From Bispira polyomma (Eukaryota), in assembly GCA_965649765.1 (NCBI GenBank), contig OZ287754.1, positions 59,954,001-60,018,000 of the forward strand: a stretch of DNA of 64,000 bases. Direction: 5' to 3'. The notes below the pieces were generated by a model that did not search any database, had not been told where the DNA came from, and was given only the letters and a program-made list of their open reading frames with translations. This document shows positions 12,895 to 27,598 of the stretch, piece by piece. A program made the position numbers and the translations under genes. Within the stretch, counting starts at the first letter, position 1. Every line of letters begins with the position of its first letter.

Positions 12895-13560
12895 ATCTAT
12901 ATATTTACAAAATTTAGAAAAATATATATATTTACAAAATTTAGAAAAATATATATATTTACAAAATTTAGAAAAATATATATATTTACAAAATTTAGAA
13001 AAATATATATATTTACAAAATTTAGAAAAATATATATATTTACAAAATTTAGAAAAATATATATATTTACAAAATTTAGAAAAATATATATATTTACAAA
13101 ATTTAAAAAAATATATATTTACAAAATTTAGAAAAATATATATATTTACAAAATTTAGAAAAATATATATATATTTACAAAATTTAGAAAAATATATATA
13201 TATTTACAAAATTTTGAAAAAATATACATTTTTACAAAAGTTACATATATATATATTTACAGAATTTACATGTATGTATATGTTTACAGAATTTACATAT
13301 ATATATATTTACAAAATGTACATATATATATATATATATATTTAGAAAAATATATACATATTTACAAAAGTTACATATCTATATTTACAGAATGTACATG
13401 TATATATTTACATATATATGTATACATCTACATAATTTACATATATATATATTTACAGAATGTACATATACATATATATTTATAGAATTTATATATATTT
13501 ACAGAATTTACATCTATACATATTTACAAAATTTACACAAATATTTACATACATACATGC
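12895..13560. repeat. 27-bp AT-rich minisatellite, decaying to the right
   Basis: atatttacaaaatttagaaaaatatat. Source of the YIYLQNLEK pseudo-ORF. Confidence 0.95.
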
Positions 13561-14133
13561 TTACATATTTCCAAACTTGACACTCACTTTGATACTTAAA
13601 ATCAGACAATGCTGCAAACACACCTTACAATAGGAGCAATAGGGGTGGTGCCCTATTGCCTTAGTCAGAAGCGACTGGTCCACTAATCAACTCTCCCATT
13701 CGTTGACCACTAACCAATCAGGTGACCACTGACTATACAAGCCCAAGCAGCATGGGCTTTACTTCATTATTTTAAATTGTAGAGCTCAAGAGTCACAAGT
13801 TCCAATCCCACCCATTTTGTTTGTATTCCCAACCCCCTTTTTCTTATGTGTAGCTGCTAGGATTGTTAGCTGAATGTTATTCTACATGATTTTATGGTAT
13901 TAGTTTTTTATTGTTAAGGACTACGTTTGTCTGTGGGGCTATTATTTTACCCTATGTCAATTTTGATACATATCTCTAACAAAACATTAGATATTAATAA
14001 AAGTAGTGACCCAAGTCTCTTTCGTATGTGTAAACCATCATTTTTCACCTGGACGAGATCTTAACTGAGACTATTCCCAAACACACACCTACACACACTT
14101 CACTTTCAAACACTGAACGCCTTACAGACATAC

Positions 14134-14172
14134 CTTGTGTGTGACAGCTTGGTAACATAACTGGTACACACG
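14134..14172 (-). other. Candidate 39-nt exon
   Basis: Acceptor attacag| (weak tract) and donor AAG|gtatgt. Confidence 0.3.
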
Positions 14173-15884
14173 CTGTAATATTAGCCTTTTAGGATAGCAG
14201 TGTGTGTACCAGTCCATATTCACTAGGGAAGCATATATATACTTTGCGCCATCAAAATTAACCAAACTTTATCATTTAAATGATTCCCCCCCCCCCACAC
14301 ACAAATGACACCATTGCTAATTTGCTAATTTAACAATTGTGCCAGTTTCTCGGCTTCTGAAAATTTCAAGATGTATCAATAACATACACCTGTGCTTGGG
14401 TACCACTGTTCCTGGTTCAAGATATTGGAACAGCTTCAGAAATGTTCAATATCTTTTGACAAAACGGCCCCTTTAGAGATTGACCTACCCAAAGTGTTAA
14501 GTTGTGCACAAAGTTTCTACGTTTATAGCAAGACTTGGTTCGCCAACATAAGTCAAATTCAGGGTTATTTTTGGTTGCTATACCAATTTTGCTGGGGTTT
14601 ACAGTCCCCCCTCCCTCAACCATCTGCCATTGATGGTGCACTATCAAATCATACATTAGCCTTGGTCAAAGCTTTCTTGGACTTGTTAGTATTTTTTAGT
14701 TCAAAAAACTTCCCCTTTGGACCTGACATGCTGCTGCTCGTGTCTCGGTCAAACTTCATTTTATTTGTCCTTTTTGGTTTAATCAAAGTATTCTTTCAAA
14801 CTCAACTTGAATTATACTTCCTGGAGTGATAAAAGATTAGATTTGGCCTAGTCGAAATTGGCCGGTTTATTGTTTCCACCAATTACCAGCTGGTAACTCA
14901 ATTCTCACCCATGCTGATTTACAAAAAATGCCGACATGAACCAACAGGAGCTTTTGTTGTACACACACTGTCCAAACAAATTAGCTGTAAACAATAATAC
15001 ACAATCAATATACATTACACACCTCAGCCTAAACAACTGCTGCAACATTTGGAATAAAAAGGTAGGACACACAATATGAATAAATTACAATATACAAAGG
15101 CTGCCATTGCACTTCCGACAGTTTTACAAACAAAATTGTGAACACAATGTCAAACAATTTAACAGGTACTTCAAAAAAGGCAATTGGAAAAGTGATTGTC
15201 CATTTAAATATTGGAATTTTCAATCAATCCAGTTAAAAAAAAAGAGGATGCGCCAAATGTTCAAAGCTTTCTTTGACTTTTTGGTACTTTTTAGTTTGAA
15301 AAAATATGTCCGCAAACAAGTTATAAGTCAGCAAGTACATTTACAAGTCAAAATGAAGGTCAAACTGAATCACTTGAAATCTGTTTTGAAATTGAGGTCA
15401 AAATTATTCTTGCCATTTGAGGTTTGACCATCATATAATTTGATGACATTCAACCACCACCAGTATAACTACCGAGTTCGACTTGGTCACTTTGACAAAT
15501 AGGAGTTACTAGAATGACATTTGGGCCCACTGAAAAATTGTTATGTACAGTCCAACCCCTTTAAATAAGTGAATTTCCCTTTTAGTTGGAATCTTATTTT
15601 TAGTCTCCTCCCCTCCACCCAATACCCCCCCCCCCCCCCCCCCACGCATTATTTCTTCAAAATCTAGTCTTTTAACTTGAAATCCTGCTTTGAGTAGATG
15701 TATTTTACTTGTCCATTGGGTTTCATTGTACACAATCCCTTCCCTGTGGGAAATCCCTCCTGACTGGTAGACCAATTACTACAATTCACTATTTTCAACT
15801 GAAAAATGCACAATTTTCTACCCCCAGTCCACTGTTTTGGATATACGTGATCAACCATCATGCGGTATAATGAGGGGGCAGAAA

Positions 15885-16330
15885 GGATGGACACCATTTC
15901 TTCACTGGGAGCAGATTTTACAGCTTTTAAACAGTAACCATGTCAGTACCATGTACCTATCGGCACAGCACATTGCATTTATAGTAATGAAACTGAAGCC
16001 ACATTACACTGGCAGTGACATACATGTCTGAACCAATTGCTTGGGGCAAAATTATTAACAGTAAAGAACATATTAACTCTTTTTGGCTGGGGTCAAATTA
16101 CTTTCAGTAACCACATGCCTGCACCATTTGACTGGGGCCAAATTACTTTCAGTAACCACATGCCTGCACCATTTGTCTGGGATCAAATTGCCAACAGTAA
16201 ATCACATTGTCAACACCATTTGAATGGGGCCAAATTACTGACAGTAACCACATATAAACACCATTTTGCTGGAGGGCCAAGTTATTTTCAGTAACCACAT
16301 ATCAACACCATTTGCACCAAACCACATGCC
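15885..16330. repeat. Degenerate ~45-bp tandem repeat
   Basis: caccattt...ggggccaaattac...cagtaaccacat, about 8-9 times. Confidence 0.8.
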
Positions 16331-17060
16331 TATACTATTTGACTGAGACACCTACTTTACATTGTCAACTACTCTACCACCATTTACTGACCTTATGTCA
16401 CAAATGTGAATTTGTCAAGCACTTACTTTTCAACTTAGTGCGAGCTTGTATCCAGCTGTTGGGTGACATTTCCTCAAATTTCCTCAAATGTCCTCAAATG
16501 TCTGTCTTACCTCTTTCTCCTTTAGGTTGAACTCCAGTCTTCAGGTTGAGTGACCCGTTAATTTTGTACCATGATTGCATTTTAGCAGAGATAATTCTTC
16601 CCAGCTTTTACTTTACCCACCAACCAGCTTTTAGTGATATTTTCAATGTCAATAACCCTGACATATGTTACACTGGCTGCATGATGGTAAAACCCTAGAT
16701 TCCACTCCCCCAGCCAGGTGAGTCAACTGACTTCTATAAACAAAAGCTGTTAACCACAACACCACACCCATAGTACACTAATAACACTCTAGTAGTTGTA
16801 ACTTTAACCCCACCCCCCATTACATGACCTGCCTAAAACATAGTTTAGTTTTCTTTGACACTTATCTTGTGCATCACACAAATGACCAAACAATGCCATG
16901 CCAGATAGATTTATTACGATTATTAGTACAACATTTTAGGCCCAATTGCTTTGGGTAAAAAATACCTAAATATTTGTAGTTCTGATCTTCAAGTGCGCAT
17001 TCGACTTGTAATCTACCTAAAAACCCAGTTTTGTTTTCTTAACTTAAACATCTCAGCTTT

Positions 17061-17232
17061 AATCTAGCCTATCCACCTTAGCTTCTCTTGTGCATGCTCC
17101 CACTTCCTTCCTTACAACTTTGCTATGTCCATGGACTTAATGATTGGACCAATGATTCTGCTGTTGCACTTTAGAAGATGCCTAGCATCAATAAAGCGCG
17201 TTAAAAATTCAAAATAATACTAAAATAATAAT
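17061..17232 (+). mobile_element. 3' end of the same L2 family
   Basis: Near-identical to the reverse complement of 48757-48903, with an AAT-rich tail. Confidence 0.85.
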
Positions 17233-17399
17233 CTTGCATCAAGACTGGAATTACATTTTTTCCCCCTGAGGGAAAGATTTTTTATTTACCTTTTTGTGAA
17301 CACAATATAACAAGGACACTCGTGAGGGTAGTCAACCCTCCATCAGGGCATTTACAATACATCTTCATATATTTTACAATTTAATTCTTCACACATTTT

Positions 17400-18620
17400 T
17401 TCAATCATGTCCATGTCCAATATATATATATACTATGAATTGACTAGAGAATCAGTAAATTTTATATTTTCAAATATTTTAAATTTAAATTTTGTAATGA
17501 GCCCAATAACATCCCTTTAGTTTTATTCAAATTCAAATTTGGTGTGGCTATATTTGGAAAACAATTAGTTTAATTTATTTATAAAATAGAAACCATGAAA
17601 TCATTTTACTTTCCCTTATTTTTATTGCTTACATTTCTACTGTTAAAATAAAAAAAATTGCTGATACTGGGCATCCCTGTCTGATTCCTCTAAATATCTT
17701 CATTTTTCAAGACATGTATTCATTGTTTTTAATGACTACATTGGGCATACCATATAATAAGCTAATCCATTTGATCATAAAATCTTAATATGTCAACTTT
17801 ATGCCTACGGATCAACCTTGCGTCAATATAGTTAATCGATTTATTCTAAATTTAACCAAAATTTGACTTCAAAGCTCTGTTTTATTTTGTCATTCTCAAT
17901 GACTGCTATATGGAAAGTAAAGATTATAACTAACGTAACCTATACAACCAATATTTAAAACGAATTCTCTGTTACTTTGTAAAAACAAACATTCAAGCTT
18001 TTCAACAGTAAATACAGGATTTGAGCAACCTTGTATTATTTTAGACACGTCATTGTACTATTTTGACATTTTTGTGCTCTTTTTTAACACTATAAGGGTA
18101 TAAGCTCGAGCAACAATCAAAAGTTTTATCTACATTTACAAATTTAGATTCCTAATTGCAGCCATATCACAATTTAATATCAATCATTAACGTTTTCTAA
18201 TATTTTTTTTACCTGTATTTTATTGTAAACTTGATTAAGCCGATTCCTAGTGTTAGCATTAAACCTATTAGACGTCACATTTTTATTTTACATTTGCCAA
18301 ATTCTTAAATGTATTGGCCAATTCATGTTCATCTCTCGAAATACACAGAATTGTCTCCATAATTAAATTTATGTAAACATTTATACACAAAATCCCATTC
18401 AACTATATCAAAAGCGTTTTCAAAATCTAAATCTAATAAAATACCTGGTTTATTTAGTAGATTTGTGAATTCCAATATGTTATTAACGAATCATGCTTTA
18501 TTGCTAATATATCTTGTTTTAATATACGCGGATTGATCAGGTGATTATTTAATGCATTACTTTTTGCAGTCGTCTATTAAACCTAATATTTTGTAGTTCA
18601 AGTCGACTCACATGGCTAAT
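17400..18620 (-). mobile_element. Degraded L1/Tx1-clade LINE RT fragment
   Basis: Minus strand gives KPGILLDLDFENAFDIVEW near 18395-18450 and IKWISLLY...IFRGIRQGCPVSA near 17660-17780. Boundaries approximate. Confidence 0.75.
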
Positions 18621-21600
18621 GCTCTTTCAACCCTCAAAAACAAAACCAAAAAATAAAGCACTATTTACTCAAGACCCATGCCACTGACACATAATTTGAA
18701 ACACGATAGTTCACTGAATTTATTAAACTGACTTTTTTAAACCACATGAATATTAATTGTGAAATTTAGTACTGAAAGCAAGAAAACCACACGCCTTAAA
18801 ATGAGGCATTACATCCTGTGATACCAACAACCATGAATTTTACACCAACTTCAATAAAATTGCACATTTACTCTTGAAAATGATAACAATGGAGGTATTA
18901 TCATTTGTGGTGCCCAATAATGGGCAAAGCAGGAAAGTTTACCGTCATTAAATACCAAAAATTATTTGCTGCTAACAGTGGTGCTAATAAAAAAGAACTT
19001 TATATATATATAAAGGAATAGTAGATAAAAAAGATAACCAGAACACATGGTTATCTTTGAGTTATTGAACTTTACGAGGGGTCCCCCCCCCCACACCCAA
19101 ACTGTGATGGAAAGTTAGGATTTCAAAATACAAAAACCACACTGCACTTAATATCAGGGTCTGCTACTATGCACTAAAATATATTGGTTGGCAAACATTG
19201 AACTGGTATTGGAATGGATCAAATTCTCAATAAAAACCATCATTGCCAGAACCAAAAACATGGCAGGCAGGAAAGACAAATCGTGAAATCAAAGAATAGC
19301 CATTGTTTAGCCAGTAAATAAAAGTGTGGAGACTCATTGACACACCAGTGTAGAATTCAGACAAATAGTTATAGAATGTGAACACATCTGGAATACCTCT
19401 CCTCCTGACTATTCATATGGACGAAAAATTAGAACCCTGGAAATAGGGCGTTAAAATTAGTCCAATAGAGCTATAAGCTAGGAGAAGAACTATGCACACT
19501 GACACACAAGTGAAGAATAGCCTATCTGGTGTGAAGTCTGCGATAGGGATCCAAAGTGGCGGATATACCCTGCACTGTTGGTTTACCAGTCAAAAAACCA
19601 AACCGAGTATTTCTTTTTTGCCTTTTATTCTCATTAAGTAGTACTCCCAAGGGGCGTGTCGTTTTCTATATAGATCTCCAAGGGCTCAAGATATTGTGCT
19701 GTATATGTATCTATGGAAGATTTGTAGTGTGTGCTGAGGGAGGAAAGGATTTTAATCGGTCACACGGAAAGTGACCCTGTAAAAATGCCTTTTTCCACAG
19801 TGCTTCAATGCACCTGTATACACACCCATATATACCAGGAAGAACACAATGGAGTTTGGCGAGACCCATTGAAACCAAGAACTGGTAAGACACCCATGTG
19901 GGAGAGAGAGAACGGTCTCGTCAAAAAAGGCAAAAAGAGAAATATACCCAAGTAAGGACCAGCTTACACTGGATGTGTCACACCTATAACTACTCGGGAA
20001 ACTACACTGGAGCACAATGTTCTCCAAAACCTCAACATCTCTTGCAGGGAAGAATTCCAATACACACAAATTCAAAGTTTTACCTGTATATATTATAGAT
20101 CACGAACTAGTAGAGGGGGCCCTTCCATTCAGTCCAGTGCTTAATTAAATGTAAACCAAAGACATTCTGTGTGGACAAACGTGGGGAGAGGGGCTTGTGG
20201 CTTTTTTAAAAGCACCATCTGTAAGCAACAATTCAATTTCTTCTGTTCAATAATATATTGGGCTTCAAACATGAAATGTGTGGCAATTTGTGAAAGACCC
20301 ATGGGTCTGTTCGGGGGATTGTTGTATTAAATAACTTATTTATCCTCTGCTTTTCTGCAGTATATCATGCTGAGATGTCTATTATCTCGTTCAGAAGGAC
20401 AATCTACGTCACACTAAAATCTTACTGTACATCATGAAGTATGACCAACCTACATTTCAACAAGATAAGAGTGGTCCATAGACCACATCGCCAGATGACC
20501 GAATTTGCATCGATTATCGCCCACACGGACTCGATGCATCGAAACCCCAATTTTAAACTAAATAAAATGCTTACACATGCCTAAACTGTACTATATTGTA
20601 TGTTTTCCTAAAATATAAATTCAAATTTAGGTGTAAAATGAACCTGATGTTACATTTTTATCGATCTATTATTTATATTTGTTCTATGTGACAATGTGTT
20701 TTTGGGCACATACTAAAATTCGGCCAACATGGGGTGCCTTTTAAATGTCGGAGCTTTTGGGAGGTAGGTCCGTATGGAGGTAAAATTGCCTAAATCTTAG
20801 GAGGTAGCTCTAAGATCAATTAATTTTGACTTGTATTAAAAACTACAAAACACAAAAAGATATGAGCAGAGCGATTTTGTCCATAATATATGTTGGAGAC
20901 AAAAAACAATAATTTTGACTTGCATGAATCACTACAAAACACAATAACATGAGTAGGGTGATTTTGTCCAAAATATAGGTTAGAGACAAAAAACACCTTA
21001 TAATTTTTTATAATTTTTACTTGTATGAATAACTACAAAACACAAAAACATGAGTAGGGTGATTTTGTCCAAGTTACGAGTTTTAGAAAAAACCATAACA
21101 ATTTTTTTAAAATTGATAAAATAAAAAAAAATACATTTACACCATTTTTCTGCAACTATCTCAGGCAATATTCATTGCAGCTTAAAATTTTTGAAAAGTA
21201 CAAAAGGAAACCTTTCTGGTGATACCAAAACGAAAATTATATGTCCAGTATAAATATAGACACAGCCATTTATTTTTCGGGAAATAAAAGACGTTTTGCC
21301 CGAATGTCAAATGTTTGACTTTTAGTATAAACCCTCACATCCGGTCTTGCGATTGGTAAACATCAACAAACAGGTAAATTTGTCACATTTTCGTTGATAA
21401 CTTCTATATTAGTGGGCGGAATCTCATAAAAAAAGTTGAGTCATACACAGAGTATGCCAAATATTTGGTGTGAATTTAAAAGCCTAACTCTTAGGTTTCT
21501 GAGATTATCTCGTAGACATGTTTTAAGGCATTTTCCATATATAGTATATAAACATCCAAGCTATGTGATAAGTCCAGCTAACACCTACTAGTAGGTATTA

Positions 21601-21774
21601 CCTGGCCTAAAAATCTATTGCTATCACACTAAGTATTGGTAATATAGTGAACCCCACGTGCATAAGCATTAAACTTGACAAAGATGACTAAATGTACAGT
21701 GGCATAGCAATATAGATTACACTGATGATCACCCCCATACCATTTGAAAATCAACAACTTCATACACTTTGCAA

Positions 21775-22205
21775 CCACTAAGTGTAAACAGTTTCTAACC
21801 CCACTAAGTGTAAACAGTTTCTAACCCCACTAAGTGTAAACAGTTTCTAACCCCACTAAGTGTAAACAGTTTCTAACCCCACTAAGTGTCAACCGTTTCT
21901 AACCCCACCAACTGCAAAAAGTTTATAACCCCACTAAATATAAACAGTTTATAACCCCACTAAATATAAACAGTTTCTAACCACACCAACTTTAAACAGT
22001 TTCTAACCACACCAACTTTAAACAGTTTCTAACTCGCCCAACTGTAAACTGTTTCCAACCCCACCAAGTGTAAACAGTTTCTAACCCCACCAAGTGTAAA
22101 CAGTTTCTAACCCCACCAAGTGTAAACAGTTTCTAACCCCACCAAGTGTAAACAGTTCCTAACCCCACCAAGTGTAAACAGTTCCTAACCCCACCAACTA
22201 TAAAC
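21775..22205. repeat. 26-bp minisatellite, ~16 copies
   Basis: agtgtaaacagtttctaaccccac(t/c)a. Confidence 0.95.
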
Positions 22206-22857
22206 AATTAACTTCCACTCACCAATAATACAATAGAGCACTAACCATGTTATCGTTCGACAAGATGAGACAGTGACTACGAATTGCTCAAAATACTGAT
22301 CTGATTGTTTTGGGTGTGATGCGACTGTAATCCACACCCTGCTTATAATACAAGATAATCTGTAATCACATAGAAAAAATATAAGTAAAACATCCATTTG
22401 TAAGCAATGTAGGTTTCTGGGGCAACATATTTTATCCAAATCTTGTTACGTGAAAGATTTCTCGAGTTAGTTAAACTAATGGTTATCTGAAGTTTAAGGG
22501 TTTATATTTCACTTACACCGAAAGTAATCATTTTAAAATTACCTACGACAAAACCAGGTAGTTTAATAATGTACAAACTTATACTCTAGTTGTAGCCTAA
22601 CTATATACATGTTCAAATCATATGAAGAAAAGTTGAATTTCTAAAAAGTTCAAACATTTTACAAGGTTTATCCTGAATGAAAATAACCTGTAAAAGTTTA
22701 AGTTTAATAAAGATTTTTTTAAAATATATTTATTATGAAAACGGAATCAATTGTAAATGCCTGGCGCAGTCTTGAATGCTCTAGTTTTTTAATCACACCA
22801 ATTAAACTACGTATTTTAAATTATATTAACAAAATGGCTATAATTGTAACAGTTTGT

Positions 22858-23688
22858 AACTAGACCAAGCGCATCGGAGAACTGATGCATATTTGTATCC
22901 ACCAGAAAGACAAAAGCACCCTAGGTAGCAAGCACTGTAGCTAGCACCCAAGCTAAAAGCCTATGATATTATATAGAGCATTTATGCTAACGCCTTAAAT
23001 GACACAAGTGGGTTTCACATTGCAAACCTATGGGACCAATATTAAGTGCAAGATAGGCACTTTACAGGTTGGCCTACACGTTTGACATTGCATGAGGGAT
23101 CCAAGGTCAAATCGGACCACATCAAAAGATTCCCAGGCCATGATTTCCTATGGGTTGGTTTCATATCCATCCCTGTTTGACCTTGAAAGAGAGGCGCAAT
23201 GTCAAATCTAAGCACATCAAAAGATTCCCTGGTCATGATTTTTTATCAGTTGGTTCCAGATCCCAAACCTCTAGGACCAATATTAAGCGAGATATAGGCA
23301 CTTTGGGAAAGTTTGGTCAAAATCAGACACTTGGGGTACTTTGGCACTCTGTAAATGATGTTGAATGAGGAGATTCAAGGTAAAATGTTTGCATGCTTAT
23401 ACAGGAAGTATACATCCGTTAAACATATCACCCATAAAAAGATTCAACCTTCTACAGCTGAGAAACATAATTAAAAGCCCGATTATTTTCAAAGTAACGG
23501 TCGTGGCGGCCATCTTGTTTTTTTGAAATGAGGCTAAAATTATTCCTAGGCAGGCTTCTGTAATAAAGAACATTTCCTGTAAATTTCAGGAGCCTAGGTG
23601 TAAAGGTTTTCCCAGGAGAGCGGCAACGGTAAAATCTCTACATACACTGATGCAGCGGCGGAGACGTTTTCTGGTGGATACAATAATA
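22858..23688 (+). mobile_element. HINE-like element, both ends present
   Basis: Sub-terminal inverted repeat TTGTATCCACCAGAAA (22893-22908) / TTTCTGGTGGATACAA (23668-23683), with internal tandem units. Confidence 0.8.
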
Positions 23689-26642
23689 TGGTCTGTTTGA
23701 ATCAATGGCCAGTGTCGGACCTTTACAAATACATTGTGTAGCAGTCAACTACTTCAACACATTACCATGACTTGGATTTATATGTTAAACAAACCCCCAC
23801 ACAATTTGCGTGAGCAATTGACAATGTCTGATGGATATCTTTGATTGTCAGTTCTAGTATTGGTGATGGTTTATAACTAAAGATTGACACATTATCTTTA
23901 TATTGGTGGGTGAACACCTTAAAACACATTTACTAACAAGATGAGAATGTGTCGGCTTATGGGCTGCTTTATTAGGTAATGAGCTCTGACTGCGCATATG
24001 CGACTACAATATTACACAATTTGCGAGTCCACCCCTGACAAGGATAGTCACTATAGGGTCCCTCATCAGTGGGTGATAATACAAATGCTATCGACCAAAT
24101 TTCCAAGTAGACTCGACCGTATATATTTGTTTTAGTAAAAAAGACTATACCTTTGCAAATGTGATTTAATCCTAACAAAGGTTGTGGCTTCACATGTTTT
24201 ACTGTATATAGAATTTCCTTTTGCACAGACTACTGTATAGATAATGGATCGTTCGGTATGCAAATTTGTCGTGATAATAAAATACCAACAACTGCTACAT
24301 AGAATTCACAGTAAATGTGTATGTATAACATAGACTACTATCTCAGTCAAAATTGAATATAATTTGATTCTGTCAAAAAAATCAGAAAGTGTGTTATTGC
24401 TCTTCCATGACCTATAAATCTTAAAATTGTAGCTATTTACAAAGAAATCACAATTTAATCAATGCCTATTTATAAACTAATAGCTTACTGGTGATACAAA
24501 AATGAACCTATTAGGTTAAATTGTGTGGAAACCAAAGAACCGGAAATCGTGGGAGTGGACCCTTCAATGAAATCTGACGATCCCCATAACAGGAAAGGAC
24601 TGTTTGTTTTAGCTGTATTAACACCAAATTACAAATGCTTCATCTTTAAAACAGAACATTTTAGGTGTGATTATTACCTAATTTGAAAAGAATTGCTTAC
24701 TGGTAAGGTGAAACCTGTTATTTTGCATGTATGTATACATCATTGTTGGTTTTATAATATGCACTCCCGAGGACTGCAGGTCAGACAATGTCCTCATTGT
24801 ATTTCAAATGGCGACTTATACAAAAAGGATAACAAATCAATGTCCCTTTCCAGTGCAAAATAGATTTTTTTCTATTCCGCATTATAACATCGGATAATTA
24901 TCATGCACTATTACTGTGCATCGCTGAGCGACATGAGTTACGGCAAAATTAATTGAATTTTGCATGTCGCCTTTAACAGCTTAGCTCGTATCATGACCCC
25001 ATTTAATAATAGAACAAACAAGTGCTGAAGCAATGTTTCCCACATCAAAAAGCAAATACGACTAGGAAAAATTTTACCTACTTTAATATCAATGTGTTTA
25101 CTCCCATAGAACCACTATCGATGGCGAGGCATTCTCTGTTGCGCACACATCCAAATCGGTAATCAAACTAATAGTCCGACAGGGGACAACATTCACGCTT
25201 AAGAATTCAATTTTGTGAAAATGGTCATTGTGGCCTATCCATTAGGACCCTTTGATTATGGCAAATGACTTGCAGTGAACTGTGATATGCTGTACAGACA
25301 TAACATCGACTGAAACGACTGTAGCTTACCTTTTATTATTAACATTTTTTTCCCGTTTTTACAATGCTTTAAAACCAATTTTTATTCTGGAATGCTAATC
25401 TGAAGACAATTTCAACACGTTTTAAACATTTAAGAAGTTCAATAGAATTCAATTTTCACTATTGACCATTTCTATCTGGAAAATAAGAATGTAATTTCAC
25501 TTCTGTTTGTATGCATCTCACTTTAACCGTTAAATCATGGACGTTTTTCAAGCTTTACAACATTCAAAACAGTTGTTATTCTTGGAAAGTTGAGCCAAAG
25601 ACAATTTCATCAATTTTTTGACATTTAAGAAATTTCAATGGAATTACATTTTCACTCGACTATTTTAGGAAATAATCCAAAAAAAATTTCACTATTCTAA
25701 TTCGGATCATCTACAATTTAACTTCTACATTTTTACAATGTTTTAGGTGTTCTGGACCGTCAAGATGGAAAAGTATTTGAACACAGTAGTTCAATGGAAT
25801 TCGACTTCCACTGATGACTATTTCTGGGTGAAAAATGAGAATAGAGTTTCACCATTCCAATGGTATATACATTGCTTTAAAATAATAGCCATTTTCTAAA
25901 TTTACAAACTTCAATAAAATTAAATTAAAATAGACTTGACTTTTTATGGGAACATATGAATTAAATTTTACAATTTCAATTCTGATTGTATACATCAGTT
26001 TAACCGTTAAATCATGGAAGGATTTCTCCATTTACAACATTTTATAACCAGTTTGTGTTCTGTGCAATTACAAATACTGTAAATGTGGAAAGTTTAGCTA
26101 AAAGATTTCAATGTAGAAAGTTTAAATGATTTAGTCAACTATTGGCTTTGTCTGGGGAAAATAAGTATTCAACTAATAATTTATTTCCACTATTCAACAG
26201 ATTAGCTAAAATTCCACTTGTACAATATATACCACTCAATAATACACCTAAACAATAAACATGAATACCCAAACACTGACAAAATAGGGTAACAGGGGCT
26301 TTTAACCCTAAAGGATCAGAATGATCTGCATCTTTCAAAAAGACTTTTCTACTCGTTACTTGATCTTTTAATTACTGTAATTTAGATGGGAGTTTTTACA
26401 TCACTTTCAACAGATGAGGTCATATCACAAGGGCCAGATTCAATGGTGGACGCAACCAGTAGTGAAACACCATAAACCACCAAGTACTTTCTCCACATGA
26501 ATGGACAGGATTTGGTTACATCAAATACAGTATTCCTAACACTAATTGCTGCTTTTTGCTTAATCTTGTAATTACTGAACCATGGAAATTTGGCAATGTA
26601 CTTATGCATGGTTATTAAGTTCAGTAAATACTATTTAATTAA

Positions 26643-26885
26643 CCCCTTCGTCACGTAAAGAGTGTAATTCTACTATACTGAGGGATAATACAGGACGTCA
26701 CAGATAACGTTATTGCTACTACTTATTGGCTCAGAAATTAGAACATATATTCAGTTGTATCTTAAAAGCACTGTACCAAACAGAAAGTATTCCTGTGCTG
26801 AGGAAGCTATAAAATATTATTTACCGCTGACTGCTGGCCGACAGACATGGCACTGGTAAATAGAAACGGCAGGGTCGTCAAGGGG
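26643..26885. mobile_element. piggyBac-like MITE
   Basis: TTAA|cccctt ... aagggg|TTAA. Confidence 0.5.
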
Positions 26886-27477
26886 TTAAATATTGTAAAT
26901 AATTAATTACATGAATTCTACCCTGGAATTGATATTTTAATTAGGACCTACATTTAAATAACCACAAATATAAGCCAAAAAAACTCAAGACCCCTGTTGT
27001 CAGTAGCCGACACTACTATGTACACACAGAGTACATGTCACATACACTATTCAAAAAAAGTCTTGGCCATTTTTTTAGTAACAAATTAAACATTTAAATA
27101 TCACATGAACAATCTATGAAAATACATTTGATATTTTCTAAACAATAGTTCTTGAACTCAAAATATCTAAGCATAAACTGATTCTATAGGCCATTATCAA
27201 GTACGACACATATCTGGTAGATATTTAGGTAAAAATATGTGCACTGTCGCAAATATGCATACTGTCGCAGACATAATGACATACACAGCAAAATAAAATA
27301 CAGTTGAATGATCTTAATGGACTTTACGAAAGATTTGACTCATCAGAGTGAACATTATTTTATGTATAGAAATAAAGTGTTGCCCTTGATTTATAAGGTA
27401 GAGTAAAATACTCTGAACATATATATATATTGTTGTATAGGAAATAATGGGTTTTACATTCTGATTACTTTTAATAT

Positions 27478-27598
27478 TAGACAAGGATGCCCAGTTGTGG
27501 CGTTACTTTTATAGGACTCAAGACTAATGATATAAAAGGACTCAATATAAATGGCTGTGATTTAAAATTTCAATGTTTGCCGATGACACTACTCTTTT
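27478..27598 (+). mobile_element. Old L1/Tx1 RT relic
   Basis: Translates to RQGCP..., IKGLNING and FADDTTLF with frameshifts. Confidence 0.65.

Noticed and set aside
12372-13580. Phe-rich and YIYLQNLEK ORFs
   Set aside because: Low-complexity T-runs and a 27-bp minisatellite.
14133-14150. Resemblance to miR-210 (cttgtgtgtgacagc)
   Set aside because: Lacks two bases of the miR-210 sequence and lies outside the hairpin stem.
14392-15427. 145-aa and 106-aa plus-strand ORFs
   Set aside because: No recognisable motifs, non-ATG starts, and overlap with a short local direct repeat (14665/15262).
16511-16545. Collagen-like PKGER before a consensus donor
   Set aside because: Single triplet only, no Gly-X-Y run and no clear acceptor.
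21775-22205. Interstitial telomere
   Set aside because: Only a ctaaccc motif within a 26-bp unit, with no (TTAGGG)n run.
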